Below, one piece after another: positions 44,975 to 53,667 of a stretch of DNA of 64,000 nt (position 1 is the first letter of the stretch; each line of letters starts with the position of its first letter). Under the pieces are notes generated by a model that worked only from the letters and a program-made list of their open reading frames with translations, ran no database searches and was not told the origin of the DNA. This DNA comes from an uncultured virus (IMG/VR IMGVR_UViG_3300021401_000002). Taxonomy: Duplodnaviria > Heunggongvirae > Uroviricota > Caudoviricetes. The stretch lies in IMG/VR virus record IMGVR_UViG_3300021401_000002; one strand, given 5' to 3'. Position numbers and translations under genes: made by a program.

Positions 44975-45454
44975 CTACCGTTTTTCTGACAGCCTCGCCA
45001 CTGTCTCGAAACCAAGCAATGGAGGAAGACCGAGCGCAACGAACGCCTGCGCAAGAAAATGCTCGAACCGCGCTCGCCTGACCCTCCCAAGAAGCAGCTC
45101 GATGCGAAGACCTCTTGAAAGCTTGCGCCAATGCTGCGCGCAAAATCCGGCCGCCGTTCCACCGCGACCGATGTGCATATGGCCCTGACATCCCGAAACC
45201 CAGCAAGTCTCCGGCATGGTAATGCGACGCTTCCCGGCGCCCTTTGAACGCTTCTTGCCCTTCATCGGATTGGACGGCGGCGCCGGAGCAGGCGGCGAGC
45301 TCGGTTCTTGCGCCTTTGTCGCCTTGGGCTTGACACTCTGAGTGGCCGCTTGGGGCGACGCAGAATTCCACGGAAAAGTCTCGTACTCGGCCGGGACTGG
45401 AGAAAACGATACGACCTTGGGCTCGTATTTCGGTAAGCGTCCTGCGAGGAGCAT
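44975..45454 (-). CDS. Hypothetical protein with Cys/His motif
   Basis: CWVSGC...FCAQHW. Confidence 0.5.
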   Translation of the reverse strand: MLLAGRLPKYEPKVVSFSPVPAEYETFPWNSASPQAATQSVKPKATKAQEPSSPPAPAPPSNPMKGKKRSKGAGKRRITMPETCWVSGCQGHMHIGRGGTAAGFCAQHWRKLSRGLRIELLLGRVRRARFEHFLAQAFVALGLPPLLGFETVARLSEKR

Positions 45455-45458
45455 CGTA

Positions 45459-45785
45459 TTACGGTCCTCGCGCCGCTTTTCTTGCGATGCTGTCGAGGAG
45501 GTCTGCCTCGTTCAAAAGCTCTTGGCGCTGCTTGCCTCGAGCTTTCTTGGCCTGCTTGCGGGCATCGCCCGCGCACATGTTGGCTTCCGCTTCGAGCCTG
45601 GCGGCGAGATCAGCCAGCCATTCATCATCCGTCATCGGGCTCCCGTCGTCGTTGCGAGGACGAATCGTTCCTCGGCTGAGCGACCCTGTCGACGTGATCG
45701 CGTAGAGCATCGATCCTTGGCCTCCGTACCAGTGGGAGGCCGCCTCGATTTCGTCGGCGTCGAACTCAATAGCGTCGTCCTTCAT
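45459..45785 (-). CDS. Hypothetical protein
   Basis: SD AGGAG, MKDDAIEF. Confidence 0.55.
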   Translation of the reverse strand: MKDDAIEFDADEIEAASHWYGGQGSMLYAITSTGSLSRGTIRPRNDDGSPMTDDEWLADLAARLEAEANMCAGDARKQAKKARGKQRQELLNEADLLDSIARKAARGP

Positions 45786-45793
45786 GTCAGCTC

Positions 45794-46102
45794 CTACCGA
45801 ACAGCGTTTACAGCCGCAGCACGAATGTCGTGAATCATCCCAGCAGGGGCCCACGCGCCGCCGTCAACATGGATGTCGCCCAAAGTAACGCCGCGTACTT
45901 CGATGTAGTAGTGCTCGGGTGCAGCAGCCGATGTTCCACCAGGCACGTATTCGAGCTCGACCTCGTATCCGACCCAAGGAGTGATTATGCCGCCTTGTGT
46001 TTTTCTCGGAGCATGAACCTTGTCGAACGCTTTGATCTTGCGAAACGCATTCGCAATCTTCGTTGCGCGCGTCCGAATTTCACGAAGATTCGCCGCGCTC
46101 AT
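45794..46102 (-). CDS. Hypothetical protein
   Basis: 102 aa, ATGA overlap. Confidence 0.55.
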   Translation of the reverse strand: MSAANLREIRTRATKIANAFRKIKAFDKVHAPRKTQGGIITPWVGYEVELEYVPGGTSAAAPEHYYIEVRGVTLGDIHVDGGAWAPAGMIHDIRAAAVNAVR

Positions 46103-46320
46103 CGCTTCTTCTCCAGCGCTTGCACGAGAGCGCCTACTTGGTCGAGCGTTCGAAGAGCATCGTCCAAGACGTCCTGGTACTGCTTCGAAGTGATCGTTCC
46201 ATCGGTTGCGTTGATGGATGGAGAAGCGAGATCAAGGAGCCTCCGCGCCGCAACCGTGCAATCAAGCAGCGTCTGCTGGTACTTCCGAAGCGAAGCCTGA
46301 GTCAACGGAGCGTGCTTCAT
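46099..46320 (-). CDS. Hypothetical protein
   Basis: 73 aa. Confidence 0.5.
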   Translation of the reverse strand: MKHAPLTQASLRKYQQTLLDCTVAARRLLDLASPSINATDGTITSKQYQDVLDDALRTLDQVGALVQALEKKR

Positions 46321-46335
46321 CAGAAACCGACCTTC

Positions 46336-47007
46336 CTATCTTCTCGCACCGGGAACGCGCTCGTAGAACTCGCCCTCGGGCACGAGCTCGACGACAACGC
46401 CTCCACCGACGGCGACGCCGTTGGCGCGAGCCGCCTCTTCCTGAGAAGTCTTCCAGCGCTCGAGATCAGCCTCGAAGCCTAGAACGAGCTTCTCGAACGC
46501 CTCTTCCGACACCGAAATCTCTCGGCCATCGTTGTACGAGTCCGCCGTGGCTTTGATGGCCTTGTACGTGGCTTCCCGCACCGAAAAGCCTCGCGAGCAG
46601 AACTCCGACATGAAATGAATGAGCCGCCTCTTGAAGTCTTGCTCAGGTGTGATCTGCACCTCTGTTGGAAGGCCTCTTGCGAGCATATCGTTCGGATTAC
46701 CGTGTCCGTTTCCGCTATAGCCGTTCATGTACGTCTTCACCCTCTCATCGCGCCTAACGCGCAGCTTGTTCATCTCCGCGTGCATCTCGACAGGTACAGG
46801 CGGAACGTAGTCCACAAAGTTAGGACGAACACCTCTTCGTCGCAACTCACACGTCTCTTCGCCGTGACCGCGGTGCAAGCACCATGGGCAGCGATGCCCT
46901 TTGGCCGCGCAGCGAATGGGACCTGGTGGCACCGAAGGATCGTTTGCGCAGCCACAACGAAGAAAGCCCGGTATCCCCTTGGTCACTCCGTTGACGAGCC
47001 TTCCCAT
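46336..47007 (-). CDS. Hypothetical protein with Cys/His cluster
   Basis: RCGC...CPWCLHRGHGEETC; start moved to MGRLVNG. Confidence 0.55.
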   Translation of the reverse strand: MGRLVNGVTKGIPGFLRCGCANDPSVPPGPIRCAAKGHRCPWCLHRGHGEETCELRRRGVRPNFVDYVPPVPVEMHAEMNKLRVRRDERVKTYMNGYSGNGHGNPNDMLARGLPTEVQITPEQDFKRRLIHFMSEFCSRGFSVREATYKAIKATADSYNDGREISVSEEAFEKLVLGFEADLERWKTSQEEAARANGVAVGGGVVVELVPEGEFYERVPGARR

Positions 47008-47018
47008 CCGCGCTGGCC

Positions 47019-47273
47019 TTACGCTGCCTTCGAAGCGCTCGCAAGCGTCTTCAAAAGGTTCTGTGTTGGAATGTCGAACTTGCCAGACGGATAGAGCCCA
47101 TGCGCGGTCTGCATGTCCTGGATGGCTTTGCGCGTCTCGTCGTATTTGCGATGCCATTTCGCTTCTGACGCAGCGTTCTTCGCCTGCCACCACCAATACC
47201 CAAGTCCGACGAGCAAAGAGCCGCCTCCGAGGTAGAGCGACCACTTTGCATAGTCGGGTTTGGACACAGTCAT
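47019..47273 (-). CDS. Small TM protein with partial peptidoglycan-binding domain
   Basis: TM helix then YDETRKAIQDMQTAHGLYPSGKFD. Confidence 0.55.
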   Translation of the reverse strand: MTVSKPDYAKWSLYLGGGSLLVGLGYWWWQAKNAASEAKWHRKYDETRKAIQDMQTAHGLYPSGKFDIPTQNLLKTLASASKAA

Positions 47274-47509
47274 CGAATAGGCTTCCAATACCAGAACTTC
47301 TCAACGAAATCGGAGACGTCAGTACCGATGCGAGATACAGGATAGCTAGCAAGTAGACGTTCCGATCCTCCCATGACACGCAATCGGTTCTTCTTCACTT
47401 CGAAGCTCACCGGCAAGACCTTATCGCCCTTTGCGATGAAGTCGCCAGAGAGACCGGCACCGTAACGTGCGAGCGCTGTACTGATTTGAGCACGTTGATC
47501 GGACGTCAT
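47270..47509 (-). CDS. Hypothetical protein
   Basis: MTSDQRAQ...FVEKFWYWKPIR. Confidence 0.5.
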   Translation of the reverse strand: MTSDQRAQISTALARYGAGLSGDFIAKGDKVLPVSFEVKKNRLRVMGGSERLLASYPVSRIGTDVSDFVEKFWYWKPIR

Positions 47510-47516
47510 CAGTGAA

Positions 47517-48539
47517 TCACTTGACGATGTTCTCGGGAACGAACTGCGTGCCGCCCGTGCCAATGGGAGTGATAACGCGCTCGTTCTGAGGGGCGACAAC
47601 GCGCTCGTACTGGCTCGATTTGACCTCAGGCTGCGAGATGACGCCGCTGAGACCGAGCGCGCTGTGACCTTGCGGCGTCGGAAGATGCACGACGGTGTTC
47701 ATGACTCCTGCAGGAGCTGGAGGCATGTAGGCGTCGCCCGTTGCATTGACGATCTTCTGACCGCCCACTTCTGGAGGAGGCGCCATGGATGTCGAAGAAG
47801 CCATGCTTGGTACAGCTTGAGCGGGCTCTGGCGTTCCTGGCACCTGTGGCACTTGAGTCGGTTGAGGCGCTTGAACCTGAGGCGGCGGCACAGGCTTCTT
47901 GTGCATGTAAGCGAGATGCGGCGGATACCAGGGTACGTCAGACTCGACGACGTCGGGCTGAAACACGACACGAGACTCTTGCGCAACCTGAGGTTGAGAG
48001 CCTCCATTCGGAGCTGTCACGTACGAAGGATGTACGGTCGGTGATTGCGATACCGGTTGCAAAGCACCAATCACCTGCGAAGGCGGCGCACCTTGCGTAG
48101 GAGGTAAAGGTCCTGGACCCACTTGCGGATAAGACTGTGGCTGCGGTTGCGGTTGCACTGCAGGATGGTTGTAGTGCAATGCAGGAGCTCCCGGTGCGCC
48201 TACGGGTGCTGTCGTCGGAGTAACGCCGTAACTTGGCATCGAAGTATCCGCAAACGACGGCGCGCCAAATCCGTTTCCACCGACTTCGGGCTTCGCGGCT
48301 CCGCTGGCTTCGGGTTGCACTGCGAGCTGCACATGCTGCGTAGGCTGCGAATGGTTGAAAAGACCCATGCGCCCACATTCGGCAACACACTCCGAAGCGA
48401 TCCCGTCCGCGAGCTCCTTGGCAGTCACCTCGGAGACGCCAGGTCCCGATACCTTCGCGAGCACGTTTGCCACGACGGCAGCGTACAAGTCGTCTGGCGT
48501 CGTATTCTTGTTTTGATGATTCGCATTTTGCTGAGTCAT
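47517..48539 (-). CDS. Pro/Gln-rich protein
   Basis: 340 aa, low complexity. Confidence 0.6.
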   Translation of the reverse strand: MTQQNANHQNKNTTPDDLYAAVVANVLAKVSGPGVSEVTAKELADGIASECVAECGRMGLFNHSQPTQHVQLAVQPEASGAAKPEVGGNGFGAPSFADTSMPSYGVTPTTAPVGAPGAPALHYNHPAVQPQPQPQSYPQVGPGPLPPTQGAPPSQVIGALQPVSQSPTVHPSYVTAPNGGSQPQVAQESRVVFQPDVVESDVPWYPPHLAYMHKKPVPPPQVQAPQPTQVPQVPGTPEPAQAVPSMASSTSMAPPPEVGGQKIVNATGDAYMPPAPAGVMNTVVHLPTPQGHSALGLSGVISQPEVKSSQYERVVAPQNERVITPIGTGGTQFVPENIVK

Positions 48540-48592
48540 TGGAAAACCTCTTTACCTCTTTGAAACTTCATGTTCCGAACACGATGAATGTA

Positions 48593-49900
48593 CTATACAT
48601 TGATGTAATAGTACGCAAAGAATGGGATTTCGAGATCCCCTATAGCGGCACTGTTGCCGCCAAACACGTCAATCGACGTTGCTCCTTGAACGATAGGAAT
48701 GATCGACTCGCCATCGGATGGAAACGGCCCAACAGTCGCACCGGCAACGTCGAGATTTTGCGTCCATGTGATGGGCACGGTCGATGGAGTGAGCCCCGAA
48801 TTGAAAATGCCACCAAAGAGAGCAACGCCAATCGCACCAAACGGGATTGGAATGCGCGATGCGTTCGTTGGAGCCCCTGTCGCTGCGCTCGAGAGTACCG
48901 AGCCGCGGAAAATACGAACAGGAAGCGTCGCTTCGTCAGGCGTTGGCGAGAGACCTTTGCCGCTCCAACCCGAAAACGTGACGGGATTAGCAGCTACGCC
49001 AGCTGCGACGATGGTGCCAGGGCCTCCGCCTTGAAGGGACATGATGTTCGGCGGCAAATTCGAAAACGATGCTTGCGTAAGGACTGGACCGCCAGGGAAA
49101 AGGAGGTACTGACGAAGAGGCGTACCGCCGTCGTTTGCAAAGTAGCGGGGCGCAATGCGTCCTGCCATTCGCATCATCGACGGAACAGCCGGAATCTTCA
49201 CCAGACTTCCAGGCAAGACGTCGAACGTCAATTCAGTCGAACCGCCCTTGTGGCCAAACTGAGCCAGTCCAAGTGACACGGCGCCACCAAAGAAAGCAAC
49301 TGGCGCTATTGCAGGTGCCGTGATGAGTGAGTCACCAAGAGGTACCACCAAGAGAGGCGAACCCGGTGTAGGGGGATCAACTTGAACGAGCCCGAGCATT
49401 TCTTTCGAAAGGTGATATCGCGATCGAACTGGAGACGACGGCGAATCGAAGACGGCGTTCGATGACGTTCCTTCGTCTTGATGCGGAACTTCATCGCCTT
49501 TCAAATCGAGGTACGCTTGCTGCGGCACAAGCGCGACTTCTCGCTCTGTGAGTTGAGGCTGATGTCCTGTCGCGTCCCTCATCCCATAACGGGGAGGAGT
49601 GGAGCCATCTGGAAGAGGCTGATTCTCGAGCGACATTCGCCCTTGCACGAATGCAAGATATTGAGGGTTTTGAGGGTCGCCCCAACGCATCTGAGGACCG
49701 TCAGCGTTTGGCTGATAGGGGAGTTGAACGAGCTCGCCCATCCGATTGAACATGTAACCGAGCGGAGCAGGGCGACCAAGGTAGTCGTATTGCCAGAGAA
49801 GATCGTACTCGCCGTGAAGCTGATCGCGCGGGCGGCGCGGGTCCCAGCCAGCGGCGCCGACGCCGCCTCCGATGAGGGGATTAGGGCCTCCGTTTGCCAT
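48593..49900 (-). CDS. Structural protein candidate, beta-rich C-terminal half
   Basis: 435 aa; Pro-rich N-terminus, alternating hydrophobic beta pattern. Confidence 0.55.
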   Translation of the reverse strand: MANGGPNPLIGGGVGAAGWDPRRPRDQLHGEYDLLWQYDYLGRPAPLGYMFNRMGELVQLPYQPNADGPQMRWGDPQNPQYLAFVQGRMSLENQPLPDGSTPPRYGMRDATGHQPQLTEREVALVPQQAYLDLKGDEVPHQDEGTSSNAVFDSPSSPVRSRYHLSKEMLGLVQVDPPTPGSPLLVVPLGDSLITAPAIAPVAFFGGAVSLGLAQFGHKGGSTELTFDVLPGSLVKIPAVPSMMRMAGRIAPRYFANDGGTPLRQYLLFPGGPVLTQASFSNLPPNIMSLQGGGPGTIVAAGVAANPVTFSGWSGKGLSPTPDEATLPVRIFRGSVLSSAATGAPTNASRIPIPFGAIGVALFGGIFNSGLTPSTVPITWTQNLDVAGATVGPFPSDGESIIPIVQGATSIDVFGGNSAAIGDLEIPFFAYYYINV

Positions 49901-50109
49901 CAGACTTCACCGGAGATGAAGAGGTAGGCATTGACGATTACATGGGTCATAGGACGGGCTCCGCTCGGCACGATGTTCGTTCTGTCGCAACCTTGTCGCC
50001 CGTCCTAACAACAGCCGGCAAAGTCAACCGAGATTTTGCGTCATCCGTGCCAAAAAGACCAGTCAAATAAATCCGCTGGTCTATCGGGATTCGAGCTTGG
50101 TTCTGAACC

Positions 50110-50138
50110 TTGACAGAGTGCACTACGCGCTGTAACGT
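50110..50138 (+). promoter_or_regulatory. Sigma70 promoter of the RHH-cas12-CRISPR operon
   Basis: TTGACA-17-TAACGT, 8 nt before ATG 50147 (probably leaderless). Confidence 0.65.
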
Positions 50139-50146
50139 GCTGGGAC

Positions 50147-50356
50147 ATGCCCAGACCTCGCAGCGATAACACTCAGTCGATGACGATCAAGATGCCTCGA
50201 AAGTGGGTCGAGGACGCAAGTGGCTGTGCCAAGCGGGCTACGGAGCATGGATTTGCAACGGTTACACGCACCGACATCTTTCGATCTGCGCTGCGAAAAG
50301 GTCTCGACGCAATCATCGAAGAGCAGCGCCAAAAAGAGAAGAGGCGAGAAAAATGA
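50147..50356 (+). CDS. Ribbon-helix-helix regulator coupled to cas12
   Basis: SMTIKM strand; VTRTDIFRSALRKGLD; TGA overlaps the cas12 ATG. Confidence 0.8.
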   Translation: MPRPRSDNTQSMTIKMPRKWVEDASGCAKRATEHGFATVTRTDIFRSALRKGLDAIIEEQRQKEKRREK

Positions 50357-52218
50357 CGATGATTCGAGTCTACAAGTACGGTCTTCTTCGACCCATTCAG
50401 AACGAAGCGCTCGTACGGGCGCAGCTTCGTGCCAAACACGACTATCGCAACACGCTCATCGAAATCGAAAGAGGTCGACGTACGGCGATGAGAAACGTCG
50501 AGGAGCAACATTCTGAGCTTGCTACGGCGATGGCAGCTTCACGTGCAGCGCTCGTGGAGCTGGAAGAGTCACGCCAAGCCATTCGCCTTGCTCGCAGCAA
50601 GTCTCGCAGCCGATCCGAAACAAACGTGATGAAAGAACGCGTCAAACAGGCCCGAATCGTGAGACGTACGACATCGCAAGCACTCTATGATTGCCGAGCG
50701 CGTGTTCGTCCAGAAATGATTTCTGCACGCGATGTCATCAACGAACGCGCAGCCGAGCTCGTTCGTGGAGCCCGAGCGCTCACGACGTCGTATTGGGGCT
50801 CGTATCTACTTGCCGAAGACGAGGTCAAGGCCGCTGCGAAGCAGCCGCTTTACGACGATTCTACGCCGAATGATCCTCGCTTTGAACGCTGGACTGGCGA
50901 AGGTCAAATCGGAATGCAAATTCAAAATGGCATGACGCCTGGCGAGGTGCTCAGCTCTGAAGATACACGACTTCGCATCAGCGAACCGAATTGGAACGAC
51001 GGCAAGCACGTGCGAACTCTTCGCACTCTTTCGCTACGTGTCGGATCAGAAGGACGCAAGCCAGTTTGGGCATCTTGGCCTCTCATCATGCATCGACCTC
51101 TTCCGCCCGCGGCGCGTATCAAAAGATGCAACGTTTCTTTGCGCCGCCACAGCTCGCGTGAGATATGGTCCGCCGAGCTTACGATTGAATGCCCGAACGT
51201 AACGAGCGCAATTCGCGAAGAGCACGGGTGGGGACGCGGCGGCGGAGTCGAAGGAGCCGTGGGAGTCGACATCGGCTGGCGTGTTGTCACGGATGACGAC
51301 GCAGGTCTCCGTGTGTGCGCCTACGCATCAGAAGACGGTCAGGACATTGGTGAGCTTCGTCTTAGTCCTCATGAGATTACGCGTTTACGCAAGGCAGATG
51401 AAATCAGGAGCATTCGAGACAAGAGGTTTGATGCGATTCGTCTCATTGTGCGAGACAAGCTTGCGACGCTCGAAGTTCCAGCGTGGCTTTCCATGTCGAC
51501 GCTGCATATGCATGTGTGGCGTTCACCGGCTAGGCTTGTCTCGCTCTCGAAGCGTTGGAGCAAGGAGCGCTTCGCAAACGATGAAGAGGTCTTCGATTTG
51601 CTCGAGTCTTGGAGGTACTGGGACAGCCAGCACTACCAATGGGAATGCGATCAGCGCACCAAGGCGCTGCGACGGCGACGCGAAAAGTACCGAGTGTTCG
51701 GGGCTCGGCTCGCGGAAAAATACGAGGTGCTGGTACTCGAAGATCGAGCAGAAGATGACCGAACCAAACCCATGGATCTCCGAAAGTTCGCCCGCCGAGC
51801 TCAAACGGAGATGGAACCAGAGAACGAGACGGCAAGGTCAAACAGACACCTCGCAGCAACAAGCGAGCTACGCCAAGCCCTCGAAGAGGCTTTTATCTCC
51901 CACGGCGGACGTGTCGAGCTTGCGCCATGTGAAGATACAACGCGAACGTGCACAGCGTGTGGCGTCGTCGATCGTGGATTGGATGCGGAAACTGAAATCG
52001 ATGTAACGTGCTCGTCGTGTGGTGCCAAGCAAGACCAGGACGTGCGTGCGAGCAACAACCTTTGCGAGCGGTGGCGTAAAGCGCAAAATGCCGGAGGCGC
52101 TCGCAATGCCAAAGCGGCGAAATCAGAGGGGAGATGGAAAAAAGCAAGACGTCTTCGGACCGAAAAGCAGCAGCGAATGGGAACCTTTCGCAATGCCAGC
52201 GATAACAGCGCAGAATGA
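50353..52218 (+). CDS. cas12m: Compact type V CRISPR effector, Cas12m (V-M/V-U1) family, 621 aa
   Basis: YWGSY, GQIGMQIQ, MHRPLP, VGVDIGWR, WRSPARL, LVLED, CTACG...CSSCG, DQD co-linear with Cas12m as I recall it; adjacent array. Confidence 0.85.
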   Translation: MTMIRVYKYGLLRPIQNEALVRAQLRAKHDYRNTLIEIERGRRTAMRNVEEQHSELATAMAASRAALVELEESRQAIRLARSKSRSRSETNVMKERVKQARIVRRTTSQALYDCRARVRPEMISARDVINERAAELVRGARALTTSYWGSYLLAEDEVKAAAKQPLYDDSTPNDPRFERWTGEGQIGMQIQNGMTPGEVLSSEDTRLRISEPNWNDGKHVRTLRTLSLRVGSEGRKPVWASWPLIMHRPLPPAARIKRCNVSLRRHSSREIWSAELTIECPNVTSAIREEHGWGRGGGVEGAVGVDIGWRVVTDDDAGLRVCAYASEDGQDIGELRLSPHEITRLRKADEIRSIRDKRFDAIRLIVRDKLATLEVPAWLSMSTLHMHVWRSPARLVSLSKRWSKERFANDEEVFDLLESWRYWDSQHYQWECDQRTKALRRRREKYRVFGARLAEKYEVLVLEDRAEDDRTKPMDLRKFARRAQTEMEPENETARSNRHLAATSELRQALEEAFISHGGRVELAPCEDTTRTCTACGVVDRGLDAETEIDVTCSSCGAKQDQDVRASNNLCERWRKAQNAGGARNAKAAKSEGRWKKARRLRTEKQQRMGTFRNASDNSAE

Positions 52219-52237
52219 CAACTCTCTCCAGAGAGGA

Positions 52238-52865
52238 GTCTCAATGGCTGCGACGAGCCGTGCAATCGTCGACCGTGAGCGGCGCGACGGGCGGCACGAC
52301 AGGTGCGGTCTGTCTCAATGGCTGCGACGAGCCGTGCAATCGTCGACGCCCAAGGACACGTGTACTTGGAATCCCTGCTGGGAGGTCTCAATGGCTGCGA
52401 CGAGCCGTGCAATCGTCGACGCGCGCGGCACCGACGAGACGCTCGCGCACAGTTGCGTCTCAATGGCTGCGACGAGCCGTGCAATCGTCGACGCGGTGAC
52501 ACCTTTGCTCTCACCTTCGTTCGTGGGCTGTCTCAATGGCTGCGACGAGCCGTGCAATCGTCGACCTGCTGGCGGGCGCTGTGAGCGTACTCGTGTGGAC
52601 CCTCGTCTCAATGGCTGCGACGAGCCGTGCAATCGTCGACCGCCGCAACCTGTGGCGCTCCCCAACGGCATCATCACGTGTCTCAATGGCTGCGACGAGC
52701 CGTGCAATCGTCGACGTCTCGTAGACGATCGCCCACTTGTACCTGCCCTCGTCGTGTCTCAATGGCTGCGACGAGCCGTGCAATCGTCGACTCCACGTGC
52801 TGAAGGCGACGATGCCGCCTGCGTACCGGGTCTCAATGGCTGCGACGAGCCGTGCAATCGTTGAC
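52238..52865 (+). CRISPR. CRISPR array, 9 repeats of 36 bp, 8 spacers of 36-40 bp
   Basis: GTCTCAATGGCTGCGACGAGCCGTGCAATCGTCGAC at 52238, 52312, 52385, 52457, 52530, 52605, 52680, 52756, 52830 (last has one mismatch). Confidence 0.99.
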
Positions 52866-52880
52866 ATCGGCACGTGGGCG

Positions 52881-53483
52881 TCAACGATTTCGTTCGCCAT
52901 CTTCGCGCTGTTCGCGGGTTCCGTACAAGTAATCCGAGGGATTTTTCAAGCGAGCGACCTTGAACGCTTCCTTGAGCCGTTTGTACTTCCACACGAGATC
53001 ATGCACGCGTTCGAATGACAAGAGCGAAAGATCGCCGCTCACGATCATCTTCACGATTGCTGCGCTAGCAGCTGTAGCCTCATGAAGAGGCGTCCCTGCG
53101 TGAGTAGCGAGCCGAAGAAATTTCTGCGCCTTCGATTCGATCTTCTCCCAGTCGACCTCTCCACTGGCTTCCACCCAAGGCATCTTGCTTTCGTGCTCTA
53201 GCTCGTACTCGTTCAATCGTTGCTCGAGTCCGTCAACGAACGAGCGAAGCTCCTCAGGGGTGCGAACATGTTTTACCGGAAGCAAATGCGTCGCGAAGCG
53301 ATAGCCAGCGAGCCGCCAACTTGAAATGATCTCGTGGCGACGAGGCGAAGAAGACGCGCCTCGTGGTCCTTGCCGCTCGACTGGGTGAACACGTGCGATG
53401 AGGTCTTCGCACACTTGGCGAAAGAAAGCGTGCTCGATGGACTCTTCGTCTTCACCGTCACGCTTCGCCCCGGTGTAGTCCAC
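52881..53483 (-). CDS. Hypothetical protein
   Basis: 200 aa helical ORF converging on the array. Confidence 0.6.
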   Translation of the reverse strand: MDYTGAKRDGEDEESIEHAFFRQVCEDLIARVHPVERQGPRGASSSPRRHEIISSWRLAGYRFATHLLPVKHVRTPEELRSFVDGLEQRLNEYELEHESKMPWVEASGEVDWEKIESKAQKFLRLATHAGTPLHEATAASAAIVKMIVSGDLSLLSFERVHDLVWKYKRLKEAFKVARLKNPSDYLYGTREQREDGERNR

Positions 53484-53667
53484 TGCTACTTCCCACCGCT
53501 ATCGGGTTTTCGGCTTTTGGGTTTAGGCGTCGGAACGAATGGAGGAAACCGTAATACAGGTGTCGGAACTGAAACTGGCACTCCGTAATTGCGTGCTCCA
53601 CACACGCATCGAGTCATTCGCCTAGCCTGAACGAGAATGCCACGCTTACAGAAATTACAACGCGTCC

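Noticed and set aside
50073..50090. Resemblance of the solitary-repeat downstream sequence to the cas12 upstream region
   Set aside because: Needs several gaps; not a credible guide-target match
50203..50352. N-terminal extension of the 671-aa Cas12 ORF
   Set aside because: It overlaps the RHH gene; ATG 50353 with ATGA coupling matches the Cas12m N-terminus
50353..52218. IS605/IS607 TnpB transposon
   Set aside because: No TnpA or element ends seen; the size, motifs and adjacent array indicate a Cas effector
52019..53018. ORFs across the CRISPR array
   Set aside because: Translations of repeats (LNGCDEPCNRR, MAATSRAIVD)
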